A stretch of DNA of 64,000 nt from Heptranchias perlo. Lineage: Eukaryota. The notes below the pieces were generated by a model. That model was not told where the DNA came from. It saw only the letters and a list, made by a program, of their open reading frames with translations, and did not search any database. Location of the stretch: NCBI RefSeq assembly GCF_035084215.1, contig NC_090349.1, positions 10,044,001-10,108,000 on the forward strand. The letters are read 5' to 3'. Positions 23,320 to 35,362 of this stretch are shown here, piece after piece. Both the position numbers and the translations under genes were made by a program. Each line of letters begins with the position of its first letter. The stretch's first letter is position 1.

Positions 23320-25070
23320 ATCGAATTATATAGAATCTACAGCATAGTAACAGGTTTATACTCCATACAAGCCTTCTCCCACTCTGATTACCTCTTCCCA
23401 CGCTGCCCCCATATCCCTCTATTCTCTTCTCCCACATGTAGCATGAATATGTCAATGCCATCTGCTTCAACCAATCTACGTGGCAGCGAGTTCCACATTC
23501 TCAACACTCTCTGTGTAAATTTCTCTTAATAGAAACATAGAAATATAGGAACGGGGTAGGCCATTCCGCCCATTCAGCCTGTTCCGTTATTCAATTAGAC
23601 CATGGCTGATCTCTACCTCTCCTCCATTTTACCCTCCTTTGATCCAAATCCCTTGATACCATTGCCTAACAAAAATATGGTGATCTCAATCTTGAACTTT
23701 TTAATTGACCAAGCATCCACAACTTTTTAGTAGGTGCGAGTTCCAGACGTCCATTACCCTTCGCGTGACAAAGTTCTTCCTGATTTCACTTCTAAATGGT
23801 CGACCTATAATTTTAAGATTATGACCTCTTCTTTTGGATTCCCCCAGGAGAGCAAATAGTTTCTATGTATCTAGCCTATCGAATCCCTTAATAATATAAT
23901 ACCTCGATTAGATCACCGCTCAACCTTCTAAACGCAATGAATACAAGCCACGTCATGCATCATAATTTAATCCTTTATGCCCTGATATCATTCCGGTGAA
24001 TCTGTGCGGTGCTCCTTACAAAGCAAATTATATCTTTCCTGAGGCGTGATACCCAAAACTGACCGCTGTACTCCAGATCAAGTCTGGGCAATGCTCTATA
24101 GAACTGAAGTATTACTTCCTCACTTTTGAATTGCAATCCCCTTGAGATAACACCTGCATGCCATTAGACGTATTGATTCCTTTTTGTACCTGTACGTTAT
24201 TTTTAGTGTTTTTTGTACAAGGACATCTAAATCCATTTGCTCCTCCACAGCTCCTAGTCTCTCACCATTAAAAAAAAGTCTGATTTGTTTTTCTCAGCTC
24301 CACACTGGATGACCCCACGCTTTGCAACATTGAACCCCATCTACCATAGTTTTTTTCCATTCACTTAGTGTATCCATTCTTTTTTCATTCATCCACATAC
24401 GTTACTGTGCCTCGTAAAAATGTCATCTGCAAACTTGAATACACAGCTCGCTATGCCTTTATCCACGTGATTATATACATGGTTAAAAAGCTGGGGCCCC
24501 AATACAGATCCCTGGAGAACACCACTTGTCAGATCCCGCCTATCAAAGAACGAACCCTTTATTCCTACTCTTTGCCTCCTCCCTGCCAAACAATTACCAA
24601 CACATATCATCAAAGAAATTCTTGATTTGATCTGTTAGTGGCTATCTTATATTTATGCCTCCATGTTCTGAACTCACCCTCAAGTGGCAACCGTTTCTCC
24701 ACTTCCATCCTATCGAACTCTTTCATATTTTTGAAGACCTCGATCAAGTCTCCTCTTAGTCTTCTATTTTCCATAGAAAAGAGCCCAACATGTTCAATGT
24801 TTCTGATAGTAGCATCCTCCTAATTCTGGTAATCCTTCTGTACATTTTCTGCATTTTCTCCATTGCTTCAATGTCTTTTTCTAGCATGGAAACCAGAACA
24901 GCGTGCAGTACTCTAAGTTCGGTCCAACCAAAATTCTTTATAAATTTAAGGTTACACTCCTGCTTTTCTATTCTATTGTTCTAGAAATGAACCCCAGTAC
25001 TTTGCACTCTCCATGGCCTCAACAACTTGTGTTGCTACTTTTAGGTATTTATATATCTCTAGTCACAATG
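23320..25070 (-). mobile_element. CR1 3' fragments (paralogous to 8480-10215)
   Basis: RQRVGIKGSF..SGVLQGSVLGP..FKFADD and related remnants. Confidence 0.8.
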
Positions 25071-25449
25071 AGTTTAAACAAAGAAGACTATGTTTTAAAG
25101 AGATGCCGTGTTTGTGATTAGTGTGAAGGTGAATTTAGAAAGGGCGACTCTTGTCTGCGATGGTTTCAGTTAACTGTCTCAGTGAATCTGTGGTAATGAC
25201 GCTTTGAGTTGCTGCTAATAGCACCTGCTCCAATGATTACAGGAAGACGATCGTTTTGATAAAGTAATGCAGTGCCAGAAACTATACTGCCGTAGGTCCG
25301 GGGTAACCAAAAGGGAGGCGGTCACAGAGCATGCCCTGAATTTGTGTAACCATCAATTTAGAAGAACTTACACCGTGTGCTTTGAATTGTTCTCATAAAT
25401 ACACGGATACACGGTTCACCTCCTTTCCCACACCGACTAAATTCAGACA

Positions 25450-28158
25450 AAAGGTAAATCGGGAAAGAAATAGGGCCACTAAGGGATACACACCATAAAG
25501 TCACAGATATTTTTAAAAGGGAGATAGAACAAGTTCACGGAACTATGGGGATGAGAGGGTTGTCCTATGGCAATATAAACAAGAGGGCACAACTCTAAAA
25601 GGGTTACAGGAACAGAGAGTTCTGGGCGTATATGTGCACAAATCGTTGAAGGTGGCAGGGCAGGTTGAGAAAGCGATTAAAAAAGCATACGGGATCCTGG
25701 GCTTTATAAATAGAGACATAGAGTACAAAGTATGGAAGTCATGATGAACCTTTATAAAACACTGGTTTGACCACAACTGGAGTATTGTATCCAGTTCTGG
25801 GCACCACACTTTAGGAAAGATGCCAAGGCCTTAAAGAGGGTGCAGAACAGATTTACTAGACTGATTCCAGGGATGAAGGACTTTAGTTACGCCGATAGAC
25901 TGGAGAAGCTGGGGTTGATCTCCTTGGAACAGAAACGTTTGTGAGGAGATTTGATAAAAGTATTCAAAATCATGAAGGGTCTAGACAGAGTAGATAGAGA
26001 GAAACTCTTCCCATTGGTGGAAGGGTCAAGAACCAGAAGACATAGATTTAAGGTGATTGGCAAAAGAACCAAAGATGACATGAGGAAAAACTTTTTTACA
26101 CAGTGAGTGGTTAGGATCTGGAATGCACTGCCCGAGGGGATGGTGGAGGCAGATTCAATCATGGCCTTCAAAGGGGAACTGGATAAGTATTTGAAAGGAA
26201 AAAAAATTGGGCTCTGGGGAAAGGGCAGGGGAGTGGGACTAGCTGCATTTCTGTTGCATAGAGCAAGCGCACACTCGATGGGCCGGATAGCCTCCTTCCG
26301 TACTGTAACCTTTCTATAATTCTATGATGAGGAGAGATTGGGTAGAATGGGCCTATACTCTCTGGAGTTTAGAAGAATGAGAGGTGGTCTCATTGAAACA
26401 TATATGAATCTAAGGGTAGATGCTGAGAGGTTGCTTCCCCTGGCGGGAGAGTCTAGAACTAGGGGGTGTAGTCACAGGATAAGGGGTCAGCCATTTAAGA
26501 CTCAGAAGAGAAAGAATTTCTTCACAAAGAGGGTTGTGAATCTTTGGAATTCTCAACCCCAGAGGGCTGTGGATGCTGAATCGTTGAATATCTTCAAGGC
26601 TGAGATAGATAGATTTTTGGACTCTAGGGGAATGAACGGATATGGGGATAGGGCAGGAAATTGGAGTTGAGGTCGAAGATCAGCCATGATCTTATTGAAT
26701 GGTGGAGCAGGCTCAAAGGGCCATATGGCCTACTCCTATTCCTATTTCTTATGTTCTTATGCTCTAATAGACCAGTTAGCTTAACTTTGGTGGTAGGAAA
26801 TATAATTGAATCCTTACTCAAAGATGGAATAGAAAAATATCTGGAAACCGAAAATATAATAAAGCATAGTCAGCACAGATTTCAAAAGGGAAGGTCATGC
26901 TTGACGAACCTTATTAAATCTTTTGAAGAAGTAACAGAAAGGGTAGGCAACGGCAAAGCGGGTAGATGTAATATGTTTGGATTTTCAAAAGGCTTTCAAT
27001 GAGATGCCGCATAGTAGACTCATGACTAAGGTCAGAGTATGTTGAATCAGGGGACAAGCAGCAGAATGTATAGCAATCTGGCTAAAAAACATAAAACAGA
27101 GAGTAGTGGTTAAAGGTAGTTATTCAGACTGGCAAAAAATGGGAAGTGGTGTTCCACAGGGATCAGTGCTGGGACCACTTTTGTTCACCATTTACATCAA
27201 TGATTTGGACTCAGGAATCGGAAGTACAATTTCAAAATTTGCGGACGACACTAAATTGGGGGTTATAGTTAATACTGAGGAGGACTGCGACAAAATACAG
27301 GAAGACATTAATAAACTTGCAGAATGGGCATGTAATTGGCAAATGAATTTCAATATAGATAAGTGTGAGGTGGTACATTTTGATAGGAACGATAAGGAGA
27401 CCACATACTCCTTGGAAAATAACAGTCTTAAATAGGTAGAGGAGCAGAGGGATCTGGGGGCACTGATACATAATTCACTAGAAGTAGCGACGCAGGTCAG
27501 CAAATCCATAAAAAGGGTAAACAAGCCACTGGGCTTCATTTCCAGATAGAAAGAATTGAAAAGCAGAAATGTCGTGTGAAACTTGTATAGAACCTTGGTT
27601 AGTCAACACTAGGAGTGCTGCAAAGAGTTCTGGTCTCCATATTTTAAAAGGTTATAGAGGCACTGGAGAAGATGCAAAAAAATATTTACCAGAACTAACT
27701 GGTTATACCTACCAAGAAAGGTTGAACAGGCTGAGGCTCTTTTCTCTAGAAAAGAGAAGACTGAGGGTGACCTGACAGAGTTCTTTAAGATTATGGAAAG
27801 GTTTGTTAGGGTAGACATAGAGTAGATGTTTCCACTTGCAGGGGAGACCAGAACTAGGGGCCATCAATACAAGATAGTCACTAATGAATTCAATAGGGAA
27901 TTCGGGAGAAACGTCTTTATCCAGAGAGTGGTTAGAATGTGGAACTCGCTACCACAAGGAGTAGTTGAGGCGACTAGCACAGATGTATTTAAAGGGAAGC
28001 TAGATAAACATGTGAGGGAGAATCGACTGGAAGGATATGTTGATGGGGTTAGATGAAGAAGGGTAGGAGGAGGCTCGTGCGGAGTATGAACACCGCCATG
28101 GATCTGTTGGGCAGAATGGGCTGTTACTGTGCTGTAAATACTATGTAATTCTATGTAA
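25450..28158 (+). mobile_element. Three nested CR1 fragments inserted only in unit D
   Basis: Outer 25450-25546 + 26766-28158, middle 25547-25569 + 26327-26765, inner 25570-26326. The flanks rejoin to match unit A at ~10620. Confidence 0.8.
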
Positions 28159-28590
28159 ACGTCTACTTTAAAAAATCGTTGTAGGATTTCTTTCACGAGA
28201 TGTCTGTAACCTCCATGTTACGGCTGATTTCACTGGCTTCACCTACAATGTGCAAAATGTCACAAAGAATAAAACTCCACTATTTAGTCAAATTTAGAAA
28301 GCTGCTATGAATTTGTACTGATATATCGGAAGTAAAGAATAACAGCACCTGAGATAATGGAGGAGTCATTTTATTACACCACGGTAATTGTAACAATACA
28401 CTGAAGCTTTGATCAGTTTGATGTGAGCACACTGTAAGATACAGCCAGCGGGCTCCAGCGAACAAACTGAACATCTGTTGTGATTTGAAATGTTCCACTT
28501 AAAATCAAACACTTAATATCTGAACACGGAATTTATTTTTTAAAGAAACTTTACTAATGACGAAACAATTCAGTACATAAGACTCTTGAA

Positions 28591-28910
28591 TCAGACACAG
28601 CTGGATTCGCGATGTTTATTTGAAGCGGGTTTGCCTGAGTCTCGTGTTTAACCGCACAGGAGTAAAGCTCATATGAGTTCCAATCTGAGGCTGGCAGACT
28701 CAGATAACTGCTCACACTGAACGTGTTGTCCGTTTCCTGCTGGATCCGACTGGTCGCAACACCATTCCCTCCGACACTGCCATCTGCAGTCCACTTAATT
28801 TCCACGGCGCTGGGTTAAAACCGTTCACCAAACACACCAGGATCGCTGTGTACTTTTCATGATTTCATCCGATGAAGGGGGAAAGATGGACAACGAGGGG
28901 ACCCGAAGAT
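28591..28910 (-). pseudogene. IgL: IgL constant exon pseudogene, cluster D (orphan; acceptor lost)
   Basis: EIKWTADGSVGGNGVATSRIQQETDNTFSVSSYLSLPASDWNSYELYSCAVKHETQANPLQ; several 1-nt indels; the acceptor reads CCC instead of CAG. Confidence 0.92.
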
Positions 28911-29274
28911 GGGAAAAGTCTAAACAAATGAAAGAAGATCCATTCTTAATTGACATTAAAAGTCGGAATCAATTTACTTTGTTCAAATGTTTTAAAATTC
29001 GGCCTCACTTTACAAATGTATGAGGAATTTAATACAACGGAAGCTCATGAATGTCAATTCCAGAATGGCAGGGAGTAACAGTTCTAGAAAATATATAGCC
29101 TGAAAAGATGTTTCAATTTTTTCTACAGGGTCAAAACTGGTAAAATTCTTTGAAGCAAATACAATCCAAACTCATTTAATATTTTATGATTCGAATTTAA
29201 TAGTGCTCCTCAAAGGCGGCATATTTCTTTCAATTTTTTAGCCATTTCCTTTCCCGATTGAAGTTCAGTATGTC

Positions 29275-30375
29275 ATAGGAACATTAGGAGAAGGAGTAAA
29301 TCATTCAGCCCTACCAGCCTGCTCCGCCATTCAATTAGATCATGGATGATCTGTACCCCAACTCTATTTACCTTAACACCCATACCTAACAAAAATTTAT
29401 CGATTCCAGTATTAAAAGCTACAATTGTCCGAGCATGCACAGCCTCTTGCAAGACAGAATTCCAGATTTCTACCACCCTTTGTGCGAAAATGTACTCCCT
29501 GATTTCGCTCCTGAATGGCCTACTCTAATTTTAAGATTATGCCCTCTTGTTCTGGGTTCCACCAGGAGAGAAAATGGTTTCTCAGTATGCACCCTGTTGA
29601 ATAATTTTAATCGCCTCTATCAGATCGCCCCTCAATATTGCATACTCAGGGGAATTCAAGCCAAGTTTATACAACCCGTTCTCATAATATAGCCATCTAT
29701 GCCGCGGTATCATTCTGATGAATCTGCACTGCAACCCTACCAAGGCCAATATATCCTTGCTGAGGTGCGGTGCCCAGAACTGAAAATAATGCTCCACATG
29801 GGGTCCGATCAAAGGCTGTATAAAATCCCTCCCTTTGTATTCCAGCCCCCTTGAGATAAAGGCCAACATTTTATTGGCCTTTTAAATTACTTTTTGTACC
29901 TGCCTACTAGCTTTTAATGATTTATGTACTTGGACTCGAAAATCGCTTTGCTCCTCTACAGTTCCTAGCTCACCACCATTTAGTAAATGCACCGATTTAT
30001 CTTTCTTGAGTCCAAATTGGATGACCTCACACTTGCCCACATTGAACTCATTGAACATAGTTCTTCCCACTCTCTCGCTATGTCTCTTCGCAACTCCCTG
30101 CTCCCATCTGCATTACTTACTGTCCCAACTAACTTAGTGTCATCTGCAAACTTCGATATACACTCTCTTTACATTCATAAACGTCATTAATAAATATGGG
30201 GAAAGTTGAGGTCCCAGAAGAGATTACATACATAGAATGATATAGAATTTACAGCATTGATACAGGCCATTCGGCCCAACTGGTCCATGCAGGTGTTTAT
30301 GCGCCACACGAGCCTCCTCCCACCCTACTCCATCTTATCCTATCAACATATCCTTCTATTCCTTTTTCCCTCGTC
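29275..30375 (-). mobile_element. CR1 3' fragments in the unit D intron
   Basis: MLAFISRGLEYK..QFWAPHL and FNVGKCEVIQFG remnants. Confidence 0.8.
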
Positions 30376-31909
30376 TACTTTGTGAAAGAATGTGGTCAGA
30401 AAATGATAATAAACATTTGGGCTGGTGTCCAATGAATGCCGCTCTGTTCGGTTCGTCGTTTCCACAAGGATCCCGGTCCCTGTCCGACGGTGACTAAAGT
30501 GTGTAAAACTTCAAAAGACTGTCGGAGTAATTCTACTGAACTCGAAATACGCTGTTTAGAGACATCTCCGGGGTCAATGTATCATAAAAGCTACGTTACG
30601 TTAAAGTCGAACAGTTTTCAACAAATAGCTACAAGTATTGTAAAGAATTACATCAATGTTATATAACAATTTCCCAACAATAACCTCAGTATGAAAATAT
30701 TGCCAATAATATTAACTTTAAATCTTTCTAAAATAGTAACAATGAAAGATAACCCAGTGTAAGAATGTTAAAGCCGGACTGTCATAATCTCCTGTCTCTT
30801 TAAATGACCATTCGCACCGACCATGTGTTACAAGCACCAGTTGCCATTGACAAATCCTCGGTAAAATGGTTTATGCAATGAAAATCCGCGAAGAGAATGC
30901 TGAAACATTAATATTGTTTTCAATCGTACAATTGCTTACCAGAGACTGGGCCGCTACAAATAGTTCTGTATTGAGGTGCGGTGTCAGCTACAGCGGCACG
31001 TTGCACCAATACCAAGTTTGCCCCGGTCGGTTTAACAAGCTATTGCCATTCTCAGATGTTCGCCGTGCAACCTACAACCTCGCCTTGTTTTCTTTACATT
31101 ATAATTAGGAGGCTGAAAAAGCGAGTAGTCCTGACAAGAGCTACCAATCCTTATTATCACACTTGTTATAACCCCCTCCCCCTGCAACACCGGGAGTTTA
31201 GCTGAACTTTGTGGTACTGAAATGTTTGGAGTCCCGTCGGATTATTGAACAGGTTTTACTATCAATTTAAATTATTGCGTAAATGTCACGGGTTTGACAG
31301 TGAATTCCTTTTGCACTGGTTTGGACGGTAATCTGTGCCAGAGATGCAATTTAATGAAACAGCTAATACTATAACAGCGCCTTTTTCTTTTTATATGTTT
31401 CACGTTCGCCCATAGTATCCCTGGAATGCACTGCCTGAAAGGGTGGTGGAAGCACATTCAATAGTTACTTTCGAAAGGGAATTGGATAAATACTCGAAGG
31501 GGAAAAATTGAAGGCCTGTGGGGAAAGAGTAGGGGTGTGGGACTAATTGGATAGCTCTTTTAAAGAGCCAGCACAGGTATGATGGGCCAAATGGCCCCCT
31601 GCTATGATGTATGAGTCTGTGATTTCACCTTGAGATAGCTGAACAACCACATTAAAATAGCGATAGGGTATCCGCATTAATCCTCTCACTGTCACAAATC
31701 GTAGAGCCGGGAGCAAAGCGCAATGGGGTGAGTATAAAGTCAGTTACGAAAATCTGAAAATCTATTCCGAGATATGATTCACACATCAGATCGGATAGGA
31801 AGATAACGACCTAGTTACTGTTAAAAAAATTAGACATCCGGCCAATCACTGATGTTTATTATTATTTTATGCAGAAAATCGATCAGTGTTAATGATTATT
31901 ACTGACTCA

Positions 31910-32820
31910 GTTCCCTTTTGAAGGCCAGGCTTGACTCTGCCTCCAACACCCCCTCGTGCAGTGCATTCCAGAAACTAACCACTCGCTGTGTAAAAAACGT
32001 TTTGCCTCATGTCACCTTTGGTTATTTTGCCAATCACATTAAATCTATGACCTCTGGTTCTTGACCCTTCCGCCAATAGGAACAGTTTCGCTCTATCTAC
32101 TTTGTCTAGACCCTTCATGATCTTGAATATCTGTATCAAATCTCCTCGCAACCTTCTCTACTCAAAGGAGAACAACCCCAGCCTCTCCAGTCTATCCTCG
32201 TAACTAAAGTCCCTCATCCCTGGAATCATTCTAGTAAATCTCTTCTGCACTCTGTCTAAGGCCTTCACATCCTTCCTAAAGTGTGGTGCCCAGAATTGTA
32301 CACAATACTCCAGCTGAGTCTTAACCAGTGATTTGTAACGGTATGTATTTGTAAAGGATTTGTAAAGCATGACTTCCTTGTTTTTGCATTCAATGCGCCT
32401 ATTTACAAACCAAGTATTCCACACGTTTCCTTAACCGCCTTATCCAATTGTCATGCCTTCTTCAAAGAGTTGTGAATGTGCACCCATAAGCTCTTCTGCT
32501 CTTGTAACCCCTTCAAACTAGTACCGTTTAGATAATACTGCCTTTCTAAGTTGTTCCTCCCAAAGTGCATCACTTCAACTTGCCGCATTAAATTGCATCT
32601 GCCATGGGTCGACCCATTTCCCCACTTTGTCCTCCTGAAGTCTGCGACTATCCTCCTCGCTATGTATTACGTTGTCACGTTTGTATCATGCGTAAACTTC
32701 TAAATTGTACTCCCTATAACCAAGTCCAGGTCATTTAGACATATAACAAGAAAAGCTATGGTCCTAATGCCGACCCCTGGAGAACCCCACTGCATACTTC
32801 TCTCCAGTCAGATAAACATC
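31910..32820 (-). mobile_element. CR1 RT fragment at the junction between unit D and cluster C
   Basis: YKSLVKTQLEYCVQFWAPHFRKDVKALDRVQKRFTRMIPG. Confidence 0.85.
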
Positions 32821-33094
32821 TGCAATTTTCTTGTAACATGCTCAGCATTGATTTATTTGCCTTTATACTGGACTAGGTCCTACTAGGTGGCCTAAGGTGC
32901 CAGTACGCCGTCTTCCATGCCTCCTCAGGGGATCGAAATGATCATATATACACTATATAACAGTACAGTTCAAGGTTCATTCAATATTTCAGACTACCTA
33001 TATGGTCGAGCTACTGTTAGTTAAAATGTTTTCGTACAAATAATTTATTGAGTTGCACAAGATAAAATAAAAAAACAAAGCGCCAAGAAACTGA

Positions 33095-33280
33095 ATGTGT
33101 GTGTGTGCATGTCAGGGAGGGCGATGTCAGTGTGTGTGGTGGGGTGAGTGTGGGGGAGTGTGTTTGTGGGGAGCTGTGGGGTGGTGTGTGTGTGGAGGAG
33201 GTGTGGGGTGGGGTGTGTCAGGGAGGGGTGGAGCGTGTCTGTGGGGGTAGGTTGGGTTCTGTGTGTGTGGGGCGGTGGCA
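33095..33280 (+). repeat. GT/G-rich low-complexity tract
   Basis: Interspersed (GT)n and G3-5 runs; complementary CA-rich paralog at ~51180-51420. Confidence 0.85.
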
Positions 33281-34624
33281 GGGTTTTTCAAAAATGAATA
33301 AAGTGTCAGGGGAGCGAATCAAACTTTTGCAGAGATGAGGTTTCCTTAATCCGTCTGATTTATCACATTGACTATTAGATCGATGTCATTTCAGAATATT
33401 GAACGGGCTCGAACGTCCACTCACAAAAGAATAATATTTCTCCTGTGATAATTATTAAAAGATACACGACTGAAAACCAACTCCCGGCACAGATTTGGGA
33501 AAAAAAGCCAAAATATATCTTTTTCTGTGCAGCTCCCACACGGGAAGTCCATTTAATCTATCTGTCCTTAGTATCGACCAGCGGAAACTCTCCCTGTACA
33601 GCGAAAGGGCGATGAGGTGAAATATTGAAAACTTGCCACATAATTAAGAAATGCTACCGTGAACTGTTTTTCGAGTTCACTGATAATTAAAGAGTTGCTC
33701 CCATTTGGAGATTTGCCCCTTTTGTTTCCTACATCACAGAAAGAGCAGCAGCGTAAAGGGTAGAATGAAATTCCCATCCCTGGTTAACGGCCCGAAATGC
33801 AATGACTTATTTCAATGTCATTCTTTGTGCCCAAAATAAACGGAACCTGTTGTCTCACAGATTTCACGCTCTTCTGCGCAATGAAACAAGTTAACCCTCA
33901 ATGCGCCTCTGCAGTAGATTTTACCAGCTCGCGCTCGCAGACCATCGCCCGCCGGGAGTGTGGGTCGGGCAATCTACCCTCTGGGCGATTCCAAGGTCTC
34001 TATAACAAACGGTAATATTGATGTCATTCTCTCTTCAACAAAAGGCACTCTGTTTTAAAACATGAAATAAAAATCTGCAGTTATCTAAAGCTATTTTGGG
34101 AGATCAAGGTTACGGATCATTGTCATCAAGTATTGTTTATCGCCCTCGTGGAATTTTAAAAATGACTTCTTCGTGGGCGATGTATGTTAAAAATGGAAGA
34201 AAACCGAAATGATTAAGGCTTATGTTCATAGAAGGATAAGGAGATATGCGGCCATGCCACACTCTCGCTGCTCGCAACCCGAGGTTGTCTCTCGGTGCAA
34301 TGGCTGAATCACTGTAGTTTAAACTCTCTTTCGATTAAACAATGAAAATCTTGTTCTCTCAGTTCTTCAAATACATATGGGGTCAAATTGCACTGTGTAG
34401 TGTTGCTATATTTACCTTTCAAGTTTGCGTGAAATTCATTTGGTCGTCATTTTAACACATTTTAAATTCTGTAATTTCTCTGTTAAATAGCAGCCAATGG
34501 AATTTCATATCAACTTATTAAGCTCCTCCATGCTAAGATGGACAAAGCAATTTACCGCAGCAGTTTCTGCATGTCGTGAATGAGTTTAGTATTGACAAAA
34601 ATAAGATTGGCTTTAATTCGCTTT

Positions 34625-34691
34625 ACGCAAACGTCAATCAGACAAATTCCAAGGAGCCAATAAAAGGCTGCGACGTGATAGAAATTTGCAT
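34625..34691 (+). promoter_or_regulatory. Ig V promoter of cluster C (octamer ATTTGCAT 34684-34691, degenerate inverted octamer ACGCAAAC 34625-34632, CCAAT ~34658)
   Basis: Light-chain-orientation octamer 125 bp upstream of the leader ATG; collinear with the promoter of cluster A. Confidence 0.85.
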
Positions 34692-34815
34692 AAATCATAA
34701 ATGCATGGTTATATCCCCGTGTGTGAAAGTTCTTAAAGAGAGGTTTAGAAGGAGCCCGATCATTACGTTCGTGCAGGGAAACATTTTGTTTTGACCTTGA
34801 TTAAAAATCTACACA

Positions 34816-34864
34816 ATGAGTGAGTGGCTTCGTGTTCTCGCCGCCCTGATCTACTGTTTGCAAT
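34816..34864 (+). CDS. IgL: IgL leader exon (MSEWLRVLAALIYCLQ/C), cluster C
   Basis: ATG, hydrophobic signal peptide, phase-1 GTAAGT donor compatible with the VJ exon. Confidence 0.9.
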
Positions 34865-35012
34865 GTAAGTACAGGGCTGTAAAAATCTTCAATATTCCTG
34901 CTCTTTATATTACGCTGCTCGGGTCCTGTACATGAGCTGCACGAATCTGAATTACAATTATTTTCCACGCTTTTACTGAGGGTCACTTATCAATAACTTG
35001 TCATTTCACCAG

Positions 35013-35362
35013 GTACCAACGCGGATACCGTGTTGACTCAGCCAGGATCCATCTCAACTTTTTGGGGAAAACCGTCAAGATCACCTGTACCCTGTCTGGA
35101 GGCAGCATGGGCAGCTACTACACGAGCTGGTACTGGCAGAAACCCGGCGGTGCCCCTGCCTTAGTTTGGAACGACTATGATTCGAGCAGAGGTTCGGGGA
35201 TTCCTGATCGATTCACTGGATCCAGGGATACGTCGAGCAACGTCATGCATTTAACGATCACAAACGTACAATCCGGGGATGCCGCTGATTATTCCTGTGG
35301 TGCCTGGAATAGCAATGCAGGTGGATTCACTTTCGGCAAAGGAACCAAGTTGAATCTGGGTA
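35013..35362 (+). CDS. IgL: Germline-joined VJ exon of a lambda-like (type II) Ig light chain, cluster C; 1-nt frameshift in FR1 as assembled
   Basis: TNADTVLTQPGSIST[-1 at 35059-35067]GKTVKITCTLSGGSMGSYYTSWYWQKPGGAPALVWNDYDSSRGSGIPDRFTGSRDTSSNVMHLTITNVQSGDAADYSCGAWNSNAGGFTFGKGTKLNLG. Both Cys, the Trp, FGxG and the splice sites are intact; no RSS. Confidence 0.9.
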
